Below, piece by piece: positions 46,601 through 57,100 of a stretch of 64,000 nt of DNA. The DNA is taken from IMG/VR virus record IMGVR_UViG_3300042924_003416, positions 1 through 64,000 of that record. One strand, written 5' to 3'. A program made the position numbers and the translations under genes. The notes under the pieces are model-generated. The model saw only the letters and a program-made list of their open reading frames with translations, made no database searches and was not told the DNA's origin. The first letter of the stretch is position 1, and every line of letters starts with the position of its first letter. This DNA is from a virus.

Positions 46601-48111
46601 CAATAGCTAGTATTAATGGTGTTAGATATGATGTATTACGTGATGCTTCAGGAAATATAACTACTCTTAGTTATATGATTAATGATCAAGCAATTAGTAA
46701 ACTAAACAAAGAAATCAAAGATATAAATGATAAGATTACTAAGTTACGTAATAATCAAGCTGTAGAAGAAACAGATGGAACAGTAAGTCGGAATTATAAA
46801 CAAGATTCAATTATAACACGTATTGCTGATTTACAAAATCAAGTAAGAACTCTTACTGGTAAAAAGACATTTCTTTCAGAAACTAATAAGAAGATGTATT
46901 TATATGGTGAGAATGCTAATGATTATATATTTGCATTAAACAGATTACCTAATAACTTTCAAAGATTAACTAAAGAAAATACAAAAGCTCAAGAAACTCA
47001 AGATCTTAAATCTATTAGTAACTTATCATTGAGTACAGCTATTGCAGATACTATTACTGAAATACTATCAGAAAACTATCCTGCAGAATTAGATATGTTA
47101 TTTGATGGTACTTTTGATTACAAGTTTAAAGCTAAACCAAAAATCAACAAGTGGATAGATACATCTATTGAAAAATTATATGCACTAGGTTATACTGTTA
47201 TAAACAGAGGTGATCTAGTTGATGATATACAAAATCAAATTAATGCTTTGTTAGAATTAAAAAATGATCTAACATTAATTAAATTAACAAGAGAACGTAA
47301 AATTAAAAATTATGCAGAAGTCAGAAAAATCTTTACAGAAGGACAACGAGTACAGGAAGGGACTAGTGTACCTAAGAATGAAAGGACTACCAGAGGAAAA
47401 ACAGAAGGAGTTCCTAGACAAGCTACAAGAGAGGAACTTAAAGACCTTGTCAAACAAGCAAGAGAAGAAATCTTAACTGATGTTTTTGATGAACCAGTAG
47501 TATTTGAAGAAGTAGGTACTCTTAGTGAAGCTATGTTAAACGATATAGGTACTATAGAAAATATAGCTAAATTAAATACTATAGAATTAATCTATCAAAA
47601 AGCATTTTTAGAGGCACAAGAAAGAGGAGAGGATGCAACTGAACTTACTAAATCATATAAGAAAAGATTGCAAGAATTAAAAACAATTAATGCTGTTTCA
47701 AATGTAGAAATTGGAGAGTATCTTATCAGTAAAAATCCTATCTTTACAGATATTTCTGGAGAAATAGTACAAGTAGTAGATATTTTTGATATATATGAAG
47801 AAGAAGTTGCTTATCCTCCAGGAACTCAAAGTACTGTTACTTTAAAGAATATTAAAACCGGAGAAGTTAAAGAATTTACAGACGCATTCTTTGCAGAAAA
47901 TTTTGAAAAAACAACTATGGAAGCAACACAACCAGAACCAGAAGTAGAATTAACACCAGTAGATATAGAAGATTCTAAAGAGTCAAAAGATACTATTGAT
48001 GATTTAATTAAAAATGGACAAGATGCTATTGCTGAAGCTAAAGAAAAAGCAAAAACATCAGATAGTCAATCAAGATGGAATAAATTAGGAAACAACTCAA
48101 AATTTTGTTAA
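40639..48111 (+). CDS. Giant cargo protein, 2490 aa, with N-terminal membrane-like region and PD-(D/E)xK nuclease-like domain
   Basis: Gly/Ala-rich hydrophobic segments and EGGQE in the N-terminal part; GEVDLLLVREDGSVAIVDIKT...QQSIY at about 45739-45912. Confidence 0.7.
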   Translation: MAEETIGGAENLESQPSAFDQLLAKSDMLNPARIEQPMAPKVNWQDNFVNPTNYIKDNTAGVSPNYPPSEVKAAQRSGAMGGSFEAILDKGMAKINGMSDVGSYAEPYAYDTSPKGTFRDRYKGYGQETFNKIGFHPLIDNETWFNQNTTFGDDLKRWSTNSLWPMVSKGFMDPIKSYQSIMNGDGLFNADEQSARDYEYYNAIGASTKGGLGGFTVNLLNSASYSMGILLEGAVEGALIGGMFSGGNPTAGALEGGAAFARKLGSLPKSLIDATKATGKLLSSVKNYSNLAKAKELYKSAGSSFGNFINPLHNTFEAYHQLKNTDNITNLARSSATAGALWHDMMSMNLALSEGKLEGGFTRYQGYDKLYNEFMADPKNGGKPPSLEEQESMMRQASKGAWLNTTLNTGLIFLSNKIAFPSITNASFLKGVPKFAFGKVVGNVGKEYQILFDPGKKALEGVFAKQKISFGNAIKSLAKPATYGKVGLNYFKANVVEGGQEVSQDVLQEAVQDYYVQSYKNKDARNYRYGAGLLGSAISKQWNTQGLETFLSGFLMGSILQAPGKIKSYATMGYNDYFKKDASYQEYIKGREQVADDVVNELNTMYKSGDYFFDPRINNYANQALAANVVDDPDSHTTKEIKDTEFAAFQSAVLGSLQRGTFDMFLNHYKGYKQATPEDIEQAWNLKPGEGVKALERFDKAIENAEKIRDRWNTAKDKMKFMANLDDYEEGSDEYKIAEIYNKAYNQSLYNYVFLHNSYDDNVNRLGKLYQNLSSLSVIKNSTFSDFVGLVDSNRLSQEIEMLKTEVESLESFGTTEALTEAARKRGLSELYSKFQEKQEELVDLFVNKSFLDNIVNEIKQEDPDLTDNQATIKAINKVVDDYDQGKSNEFIEYKEAFSELLYGMAETPEKKLKLEEEIQNVGGIDVLFDELLDTHILKNENARLIQYVNTLANPREFYEHLMRNFKFMKDLYDNREETIKEIVNGEIEAIENNTLLNTLADQGIYIDLEEFAKWVENKRYLPEEFFDVKNKRVITKGSVLYQDILDIFFRAAQLAEKKPAGDPLTQKQLLDKKIEDLENDRGIALQKEFDKYVEAFKKRYGFTPEEYEAQEEARVAEEEISEEDRKEAESLKKFLENAAEKLQSDNYIEVQAAAEAVVERIFDKEGERAPEEFFQEQVEIYENDPEKNAVIRELIKKFDSEDIADNVDAALKSQIYGEAVATALNLINETLSKTPAAPTIDVENTKEYLAYQEAIQAINDKFDALISEVKETFRQKGVDENTPDEYTTKTDFEDFDLPYQEEITNLFDQYLVDILGESIDIKTKDPLEYERLRTNWLEQQTPLIAKFNQQAKEIALEKARKLAEPPQLKFIPDLKINAQTTTYTIASLINRFKKFLENGEYTDPKSKKLIQLTPEDIQNINDDIESLNGYLNARVAVAAPRNIAEQTIDIIQEYVINKQSELVDLLDEDGNVIGRTFKDRGPGDPVPDRTTQVAEEIENSLKDKDSFEYSPIKPQVDEEGNVSLSPVERLYNQFFKDPEIVPEDRIRLFMDAFKREAFRGWKEFRYPEKLEAVENSLKTVGTYDDLRKTISKYAFKESADAGDYVDGLIRIFLTPNAATASNFSEFTHDSTVQIKGRDIKVSDIMSRKAFDKLFSPVTPTSPGGIITKFRLGIVDGTYMILSENVKLFDKSLRNGKGVTGEVDLLLVREDGSVAIVDIKTKSLKERKGKLVSGWKDFGNPDAKYESSTYFRAQQSIYGYQFYNNTAITPDLKLMPFDMLLSKEKIGYIEDIDLAEILEDGKDTIDLEYLPEIENFGIQKITPEIKAPIKREEVEAKVEEGLPESDPTMNTLKDNLNKAVIYNGRSGKLVRMPDGGFGVEVITNDDITTLQLTLDTLQANLDIEKQYGSEESIAELERDIKRISDAIESNKGITEIFPLQENLNKVTNGDVSFDKVGLQLVIPIDKVGQLSTVKGQVINASFSNKEETIASINGVRYDVLRDASGNITTLSYMINDQAISKLNKEIKDINDKITKLRNNQAVEETDGTVSRNYKQDSIITRIADLQNQVRTLTGKKTFLSETNKKMYLYGENANDYIFALNRLPNNFQRLTKENTKAQETQDLKSISNLSLSTAIADTITEILSENYPAELDMLFDGTFDYKFKAKPKINKWIDTSIEKLYALGYTVINRGDLVDDIQNQINALLELKNDLTLIKLTRERKIKNYAEVRKIFTEGQRVQEGTSVPKNERTTRGKTEGVPRQATREELKDLVKQAREEILTDVFDEPVVFEEVGTLSEAMLNDIGTIENIAKLNTIELIYQKAFLEAQERGEDATELTKSYKKRLQELKTINAVSNVEIGEYLISKNPIFTDISGEIVQVVDIFDIYEEEVAYPPGTQSTVTLKNIKTGEVKEFTDAFFAENFEKTTMEATQPEPEVELTPVDIEDSKESKDTIDDLIKNGQDAIAEAKEKAKTSDSQSRWNKLGNNSKFC

Positions 48112-48112
48112 A

Positions 48113-51100
48113 ATGGCATGTAAACTAGATAAAGATCAAGTATTAGATCTTTATGAAGCACTTTATGGAGAAGTAGCAGATAGATTAAAAGACTCATCGT
48201 TACCTCCTGTTGATTTAAATCAATTAGTACAATCAGCATATGCTGTTGTAAAACTTAATTCTGAAGATCAAGTAAAGGCTATGTTATATGCACAGGCTGT
48301 TCCTGATGTATTTCATTTAGTAACACAAGACACAGAAGTAAATGATTATTTAGTTGATAATAATTTTGACTTTACTGGTCTTGCAAAAATGAGAAAACAG
48401 TTTGCTGATCTTGCTGAAGTTGGTAAAACTGTTGCAACTAAAAAAAAGAGCAAGGACGAAATTGATTCTGAAATAAAAGATACAAATAAAACTAAAAAAG
48501 ATTTTGTACCTAAGATTGATATTGATAACGAAACACTTTGGTCATATAATGAATACAATGGTGCTAAAGTTACTAGTGCATGGACTACATCTATTCAAAT
48601 TGCCTACTCTGAAAATCCTGAAGAAGTATCTGAAGAAGACAGGAATAAAATTGATCCAGAAAAAATACTTTTTAGTGATGTAATAAAAGCTATATCTCAA
48701 ATATCTAAAGATAGAGTTGGTACTGAAGATATACAATATCAAGGTAAAACAATTGCACTTACTGCTCAGTTAACTAGAAGTGTTCCAAAAGAACTTCTTG
48801 TACAAAATGATAGAGATCATTTAGAAAAATATCCAAATACTAATGGTGTAATTGCAATTCTTACTGATGAGAAAGGTAACAATTTATACTTTAAACCAGA
48901 TGGTTCTTTGACTGATAACCCATCTGAGGGTAGGATAGTGTATCAATATTTACGTAGAGTAAATCTTGTAGATGGTAAATTACTGCTTTCTAATAGAAGT
49001 AACAGATTATATAATTTAGTTGATCCAGTTAAAATAGCTGAAAGACAAAGAGATCAAATAGTTGAAGCTAAAGGAGAAGTTACTGAAACACAGTTTAAAC
49101 AACTTGTAAAAGATATTGCTGCCCGTCAAGAAAAAGAACTAAATGATTTATATCAACTTAGAACATTACTAGAATCATCGGAACAAAATCTACAATTAAC
49201 TCTTCCTATTACAGGAGGAACATTTGGTATTCCAACAACATCAGTTAAAACTGTAACTTTAGAAGAGGCTGGAGTAACTGAAACTGATTTAAAAAGTTAT
49301 ACTCCAATTACTACTGGTGAAAAAAAGGGTCTACAATACATTATTGTAAACAAACAAAAAGCCGGTGGTCTTACAGTTAGTCAACAGTTATTTTTACAAC
49401 GATCAGATATAGATCCTGAATTAGCAGATAAAATTGCTACTATCTTAACTACCACAGTTGAGTTAAAAGGTAGACAACTTTCTCCAGATGAAAGAAAATC
49501 ATACTTTGAAATCTTTATTAATAATGCTCGTGCAAAAAAATCTAATACAAACCGTGATAGAATTCAAGCTAAAGTATTGACAATTAATAATCAAAAGACA
49601 TTAGTTGTAGAAATAAATGGTAAAAAAATTGATGATGCTATTCTTTATACTGAAGAAGGTAAACAAATGATTTTAAATCATTTACTTGCAGCTAGACCTA
49701 AGAAAGTTAGTAAAGGTAAAGAAGAAGGTTCTAATGGATATTGGCCAGCAAATGTTCAATACAATAATAAATATAGAAACACTACATTCACTGATTATAC
49801 AATTGAGGATGGTAAGATTATTAGTACAAGTAGAAAATACTTTGATGTAATTAAACCTTATGTAAAGATTACATATACAGATGAGGTATTAGCACAAGAA
49901 AAAGGTATTAATGCATATCTTAATTATGTTATCCCAGAAGGAACAATTGAGTATGAAGGATATATACCTGTAGGAAGACCTAAACCAAAAGCTGAACCTG
50001 AAAAGAAAACTAAAAAGGATAAAGAAGAAACTAAAAAAGCTCCTAAAAAACAAGCAAGAACTAAACCTGTAACTACTGGTGCATCAAAAGAAGTGTCTGC
50101 ATATGAGATTTCTATGAAGAAACAAATTAAAGATGCAGGTGGAAAAGTTGAAGGTTATAAAACTAGAATGAAGGTTGCTGATTTAGCTGAAGCAGTTGGG
50201 TTAACTGAAAAACAAATAACTGAGTTTAGGTCTATTGCATTAGAAGCTACTGCTGATACTAAGACTACAGTAAAACCAGAACCATTAACAGCACCAGAAG
50301 TTAAAGAAGTTAATATACAAAGTAATCCTTCTACTAGAATAACATTAGTAGATGATATTATTAATGGTTCTTCTAACTCGGCTTTTTATAAAAGAGATAA
50401 ACTTAACAGAGATAAACTCCGTAATAAGTTTCTTGATAAAGTATTTACTTCAAAATCAGATAGAGCTGCAGCAGAAAAATGGTGGAATAATTCTCCATTA
50501 AGTAAGTTCATTTCTCTTGAAAGAATTACTGAAGTAGTGAACTCTGATGCATTTGCAACATGGTCAGGTTATGGTATTACATTATATGAAGCTGATGGTG
50601 GGACATCTGTAGATTTATACCATGAAGCATGGCATGGATTCTCTCAACTATTACTTACTAAAGATGAGAAAGTAAAACTTTATGAAGAAATACAAAGTCT
50701 TCCTAAATATAAAGGAAAAAGTTTCTTTGATATAGAAGAAGATTTAGCTGAAGAGTTTAGAGGGTATGCAAAATCTAAAGGTAAAAAAGCAACTCGTGGT
50801 TTCTTAGGTAAAATCTTTGATAAGATTTATCAGTTTATACAAAAGCTTTTTGGAAAAACTACTAAGAAAGAAGTAGCAACAAAACTTCAAGATATTGAAT
50901 CTGTCAAAGAATTATTTGACAAACTATACAGAGCCTCTGAAAATCCAGAGATTCTATCTAATCTAAAACCTTCTATGGATAATGTAATGTTTGGGAAACT
51001 AAATAGAAGCAAAGTCATCAATGATAATTTTACATTAGAAGAGTCTAAAGAAATTGCAGATGCTATAGATAGTATGATGGCTGTTATTTTCCAAAACTAT

Positions 51101-54100
51101 AACAGAGACTTTAATACTACATCTGCAGCATTAAAACTTTTAAAAGATCCGGAAAACAAAAAAGATCTTTACAAAGATATTTATGACAGATTTGAAAGAC
51201 TAAGAATAAAATATGCTGAAGAAGCTGAAAAGAATATTGATCTTATTATTGATCCACAATTTAGCAAAGAGTTTGAATTATTAATTAAGATAACAGACAA
51301 TTTTGGAAATCTTACTGATTCACTTAGTGGTAAAGAAAAGAATAATGTTATTGCATATCATTTAGAAAAATCTAGATACAAAGTACTTGCTGATGAATAT
51401 GATGAGATCGAAGATCCAAGTAATATTGAGAAGAGTTATTTGTTTAGATTAAATGAAGGAGGTAATACAGTTTCATCTAAAGAACTTGCTAGTCAAGAAA
51501 CTATGATGTTATTGGCAAGTATCTTTGATGTAACTAGAGAAAATGGAGAGATCATTTATAATCGAGATGGTTTGTTTGGTCTTCCTAAATTACAAGATAT
51601 AACTATTACGTGGAATAGACTTGCTAAAATTTTAGAGGGTTCATTTGATGAAATAGATATGTATGTAAGAATTTTTGAAAATTCTGAAAACTATCCTGAG
51701 CTACAACAACTTCAGACTTTATTACCTAATCCTTTCTTTACAATTGAAAGTGCTATGGGTATGTATAATCCTTTAGAGTTTGAAGCAGAAACAAATTTCT
51801 GGCAAGACTTTAAAAAACCAAGGGTGCCGTTTATTCAATTAAACTTAAATAAGGAAGAAATAAAATCTAAAGATGTACTTGTAAGAGCATTTGAAGCACG
51901 GGTTGCAAAAGCAAACTTTGATGTGTATCAAGTAATCCAGGACTGGAAAAATAACTTTACTACTGCAGATTCTACAGTTAATCCATATGTATCTAAACAC
52001 TCAAAACTAGGTTACAACATTTTAAACACTGGTAAGATTGTAAAAGACTTTGGAGTAAATGGTGTATTTAATTATAAAAAAGCAGATGAATTTTTAAGAG
52101 CAATTGGTATAGTACTAGACCCATCTAGTGCAGCTATAAGATCAATTATAAACAGTACGTCAGAACCATTTGGAACTACATTTGGTGTAGACAGAATGTA
52201 TGAAGTAATCAAAAAAGTAAATAAGAGTACATCTCCTGATGCATTTCAATTTAAAAGAGATCCACTTACATATTTTATCAACGGTCTTCCAACTTCATTA
52301 AGAGATAATGAGGAAGAAAGTGAAGAAGTAAGAGGTAGAATCAGAGCTCTTGCAGAGATACAAAATGCATTCTCTGATAGTTATTCTAACTTTAGTGTTC
52401 AGACTCCAGAAGGAAATAGAGTTTGGGAACATATGGTAGACAATACTATTACAAGAATTGTAACTGCAATTAATCATGCAGAGTCTTGGGAAGAACTAAC
52501 TACTGATGAAGGGGATCCTGCACGTAGATTCCAACATATGAGATGGCTAAATGAAAAGAATAATACATTTAGTCCTTTTTCAAAACTACTTAACTCTATC
52601 TTTGATTTAGATCCTATGTCAGATACATATGGTCAAAAAATTACTGATACTAAAATACTACTACAACATGTGGCTGGTACTCAAATGGTGAGTAAAAGAA
52701 ATGAAGGTGGAACTTCTACAGCTGCTATGGATGCAACAAGTAAGTTTTTGCAAGAGTTTCATACAATGTTGTTAAGTGGTGTTGAAGAGTTTATGAGACA
52801 TGCTTCTAAGAATACATCTATGGGTATGACTCTTGACGGTGAAGTTAAAACATACAATGGTAAAAAAGCTTCTAAATTATATATAGATGTTGAATCTTTC
52901 TTAGAGTATGCTGATGGAGAAATAAAAGGGTATGATATTGTTGAAGGATATATTGCTGCAGAAGCAAACAGAATAGTTAGATTCCAACAAGGAATTGATA
53001 AGTTTAAAAACTATGCCGGCTACAATAGAAAAGTAAAAAGAAAAGACAATAAAAAAACTCCTGTAATGGCTGGTCAAGCATTTACAGCATTTGATGATAT
53101 ATTGTCTCAGGATCTACAAGCAGATCTTTATTCTATATTAGATGCAGCTTCAGAAAATCCATTAACTGATTTTGATCTTATGAAAGAATTGGATAACAAT
53201 CCTGAAATAAGAAACAGAATTAGAAAAGATGTAGCTCAATATTTTAATCTTGAGACTAATAAAAACTTAGCTAGATTACAAAAAGCTAAGTATGTAGATA
53301 ATGGATTAATGGAAAGAATCCGTGTTACAAATGAAGATCTTACAGATAAAGATATAGAACGTGCACTAATGAAAGCATATACATATAACTCTTTCATCCA
53401 TAAGATGGAAACAGTAATACTTGCATATGGTGACTTAGCACAATATAATCATGCTAAAGAAGAATTCCATAAAAGAAATGCTGGTTTAGGTTCTGGAGGT
53501 AGAGGATTCCGTGCAGATAAAAGAGCTCAGATATATTTAAGTTCTTTGAAAAACTATTATGCTGATAGACAAGGTTATGAAACTAGAAACTATGATGGTA
53601 CTCTTGTAACTGCTATCATGAAAGAAATGACATTTAATTCTGTAATGTATAATGAATACAGAGATGCCATTGAAGAAGCAACCTATGAAAGAACTAAAGA
53701 TAGAAAGAAAGCAAAACAAATTGCAGATACAGCAGCATCAGAATACTTTGGATCTAACAAACCTCAGATGAAGATTGCTGATGGTCAGGGTTTTATTACT
53801 ATGGAATACTACAGGATCCTTAAGAAAGCTGAAGGTAACTGGAGTGATCAACAAGAGTTACTTTATAGAAAAATTTCTATGGGAGAAAATATAACTGCAG
53901 AAAATGTAGTAGAATTTTTTCCACCTTATAAATTACAGTACTTTGGTAATATTCAATCAGAGGGTCTTCCTGTAAATTCATTCCATAAGTTTTCACTTGC
54001 TCCGTTAATTCCTGGAGTATGGAAATCTGGTACACCAATTTATGATTTACATGAAAAAATGATGAAAGATCAAGTAGATTATGTTTTATTTGAGTCAGGA

Positions 54101-57100
54101 TCAAAAGTAAGTCATATTGGAAATGGAGATAACATGCTTAATGAAGACGGTAGTCTAAACAAAAAGGCAGAATTTACTAAGAATATTGTCTATGCTGAAT
54201 TCTTAAAAAACCAAACAGAAATTAACTCTACCTATAAACAAAAATCAATCTTCTCAACTCAGTTAAGAAAATTAATTTTAGAGGGTCTTTATGCTCAAGG
54301 TTCAATTAAGTCTACAAAATATAAAGACATAACAAATACTAGAGTTAAAAAATATATAGACCACGTAGAAGAGTATACTGAGCTATTAAAGTTGGAACTT
54401 CTAGAAGAAATGGGATATGAAGAAACATCCCCTGGAGAATATAAAGCAAAAGATAAATCAAGTACAGCTAAACTAATAAACATTATCAGAACTAATCTTG
54501 AAAGAGAAGATCTTTTAAGTGATAATCTTATTGAGTTTATTGATGTGTATGATAATAGTGGAGACTTAGTTCATGACTTATCATTTCATCCAGAGGCTGC
54601 TAAAATAGAGAAGTTATTATTATCTATGATTAATAAGAGAATTATTAAACAGAAAGTTGCCGGAGAACCACTTGTACAAGTATCTGTTGGACTAACTGCT
54701 AATCAATTTTCTAAACCTGACTTAAAAAAAGCAACTAAAGATGAGATTAAAAAATGGGCTTCTACAACATATACACTTCCAACTTATCATAGAAAGTCAA
54801 ATGGTTATACTGCAGCTGCAAAAGTTATGATTGCAATGCAAGGGACTTATTATAATCTTTTTAATCTAGAATATGATAATGATGAAACTGTTGGTGTTTA
54901 TGATGAGAGTGGTGTTTTAAATATGGATGAATCTTTAGCTAGATTAAATGAGAAGATTAAAGATGACAAATGGTTAGATGCTAATAATGAAGCTAACAGA
55001 AAAGCAATAACATTAGTTGGTGTTAGGATTCCTGTTCAGGGTCTAAACTCTATGGAATTTGCTGAGGTATTTGAATTCTTACCACCACAAGCCGGTAATA
55101 TTATTGTTCCTCCTGCTGAGATAGTTGCTAAGTCTGGTGGTGACTTTGACATTGATAAACTTACAATCTTCATGAATACACTTGATGAAGATGGGAAAGT
55201 TATTGAAAGACAGTACAAAGACAACAATGACATTAAAAAACTTAGAGGTACTGATGAATTTGAAAATGCTGTTAAAGCTCAGAAAGCAGGATTAGAAAAT
55301 GAACTAATTCAAGATATTAAAAATATTCTTGAACTTCCTGAGAACTATGCTTCTTTGATCATGCCAAATGGTACTTTCATTCTTAAAGAAATTGCAGAAA
55401 AATTATCTGCAGACGTAATGGAATATAATCCAAAAGAAAATAGAATGACAGATGATACTGGGGAGATCAGTCCTACAAGAGTATTAGAATCATTGTATAA
55501 CGTATACAAACATGAATCTAATATTGTAGGTAAGAAAACTCTAGGTCTTGGTGCAATTGAAAATACATTTAATGTTATCATGAATACCATTGGTGCTTAT
55601 ATGCCAGATACTTATGTAATAAAAGAAGTAACAAGAAAAAGTAACATGAGGCTGAGACATAATAAGATGGAAAGAAGAGGTAAAGAGGTCATCTCTATGT
55701 CAGACCTTTACGATGTTGATGGAACAAATAAAATATCAGATGTTATTTCTCAGATGATCAATGGATGGGTGGACGTTGAAAAAGATGCATGGATCTTCTT
55801 TATCCAGGGTAACTATGAGGTTGCTCCAACATTATTATATCTTATTAAAGCTGGTGTACCTGTAAAAGAAGCAATTTACTTTGTATCTAATCCATTGGTT
55901 AGAGAGTATGTAGATGAGCAACGTCTTGCAAAATCTACATTTGCCGATGTACTTAACAAAAAACCTGACGGTCCAGGACTTGCAAAATATAAAGCAGCAT
56001 CTGAAGTAATTAAAAAATACTTTACTAAAGATGAACTTGCAGGTAATTCAAAAAATGATGATAGATATTTAAAAGGACAAGAACTTTTAGAAGATTATTT
56101 TAAAGATAAAAAACAAAAGCATTTTACTGAAGAAAACATGTTGAATCTTATTCAAACGGATGATAGAAAAAGTAATATGGCAAAAGCTATGTTCTTACAT
56201 TATCTAGAACTAGAACAACAGATTGCTGGTTATACTGCACTTAAAATGGCATCTAATCCAGATACTGCTACTAAGTCTACTCTTTCTGATGTAGAACAGA
56301 CAGAGGCTAATATTGAGAATTTATTCTTTGACCCAAGAGTTCCATTAGAGATTGTTGAAGCTATGATGGAGGATTCTATTTTAAAGTCATTCTTTAATGG
56401 TCCCCTTGCACTAGCTGTAAGTAGACCTTTATTTAAATTAAGATATCACAAGGAAATTAGTGAATATTTAATTGCTAGAAAAGGTCAAATAAATAATGAT
56501 CTTCAAACTACATTCCCTGGACAGAATATTGAGATGTTTAGTAATATCTTTAGAAATGACCTTGTAAGTTTTATTCTGCAAAATGCTATTAGAAAATATA
56601 AAAAACAGGATGGATTTATGTCTTTAGATATGGAAACAACTATTCCTGTATCAATGGCTAAAGAATTAAAAAGAGGAGCCTTTGTAAAGAACGGTACTTT
56701 GTACATGGATATGAAGCAGATTAAAAAAGAATTTAAAGATAGTGCTTGGGTTAGAAACTCTGAAGTAGAGAACAGTTATAAAGACAGAGAACTTTATGAA
56801 TTAGATCCTTCTACTTTCATGAATCATTACGGTGCAAACTTTGATGAATATTTAAAATTTGTTGCTGAGAGAGAATATATTAGATATATAAAACCATTGA
56901 ATACTGAGTTTACAAATTCATTTGAATTTCAAGAAGAACTTGATAGCACTAAAGAATTATTTCCAGATTTAACTAATGAAAAAGCTGTAAGGTATACATA
57001 TGAAAAACTGATTGCTATAAAAGCATTAGATAATTCATATAATTTCTTCCATCTTTTTAGAGATGATGATAATTCATTTTCTGTAAGATTGTCTAAGTTG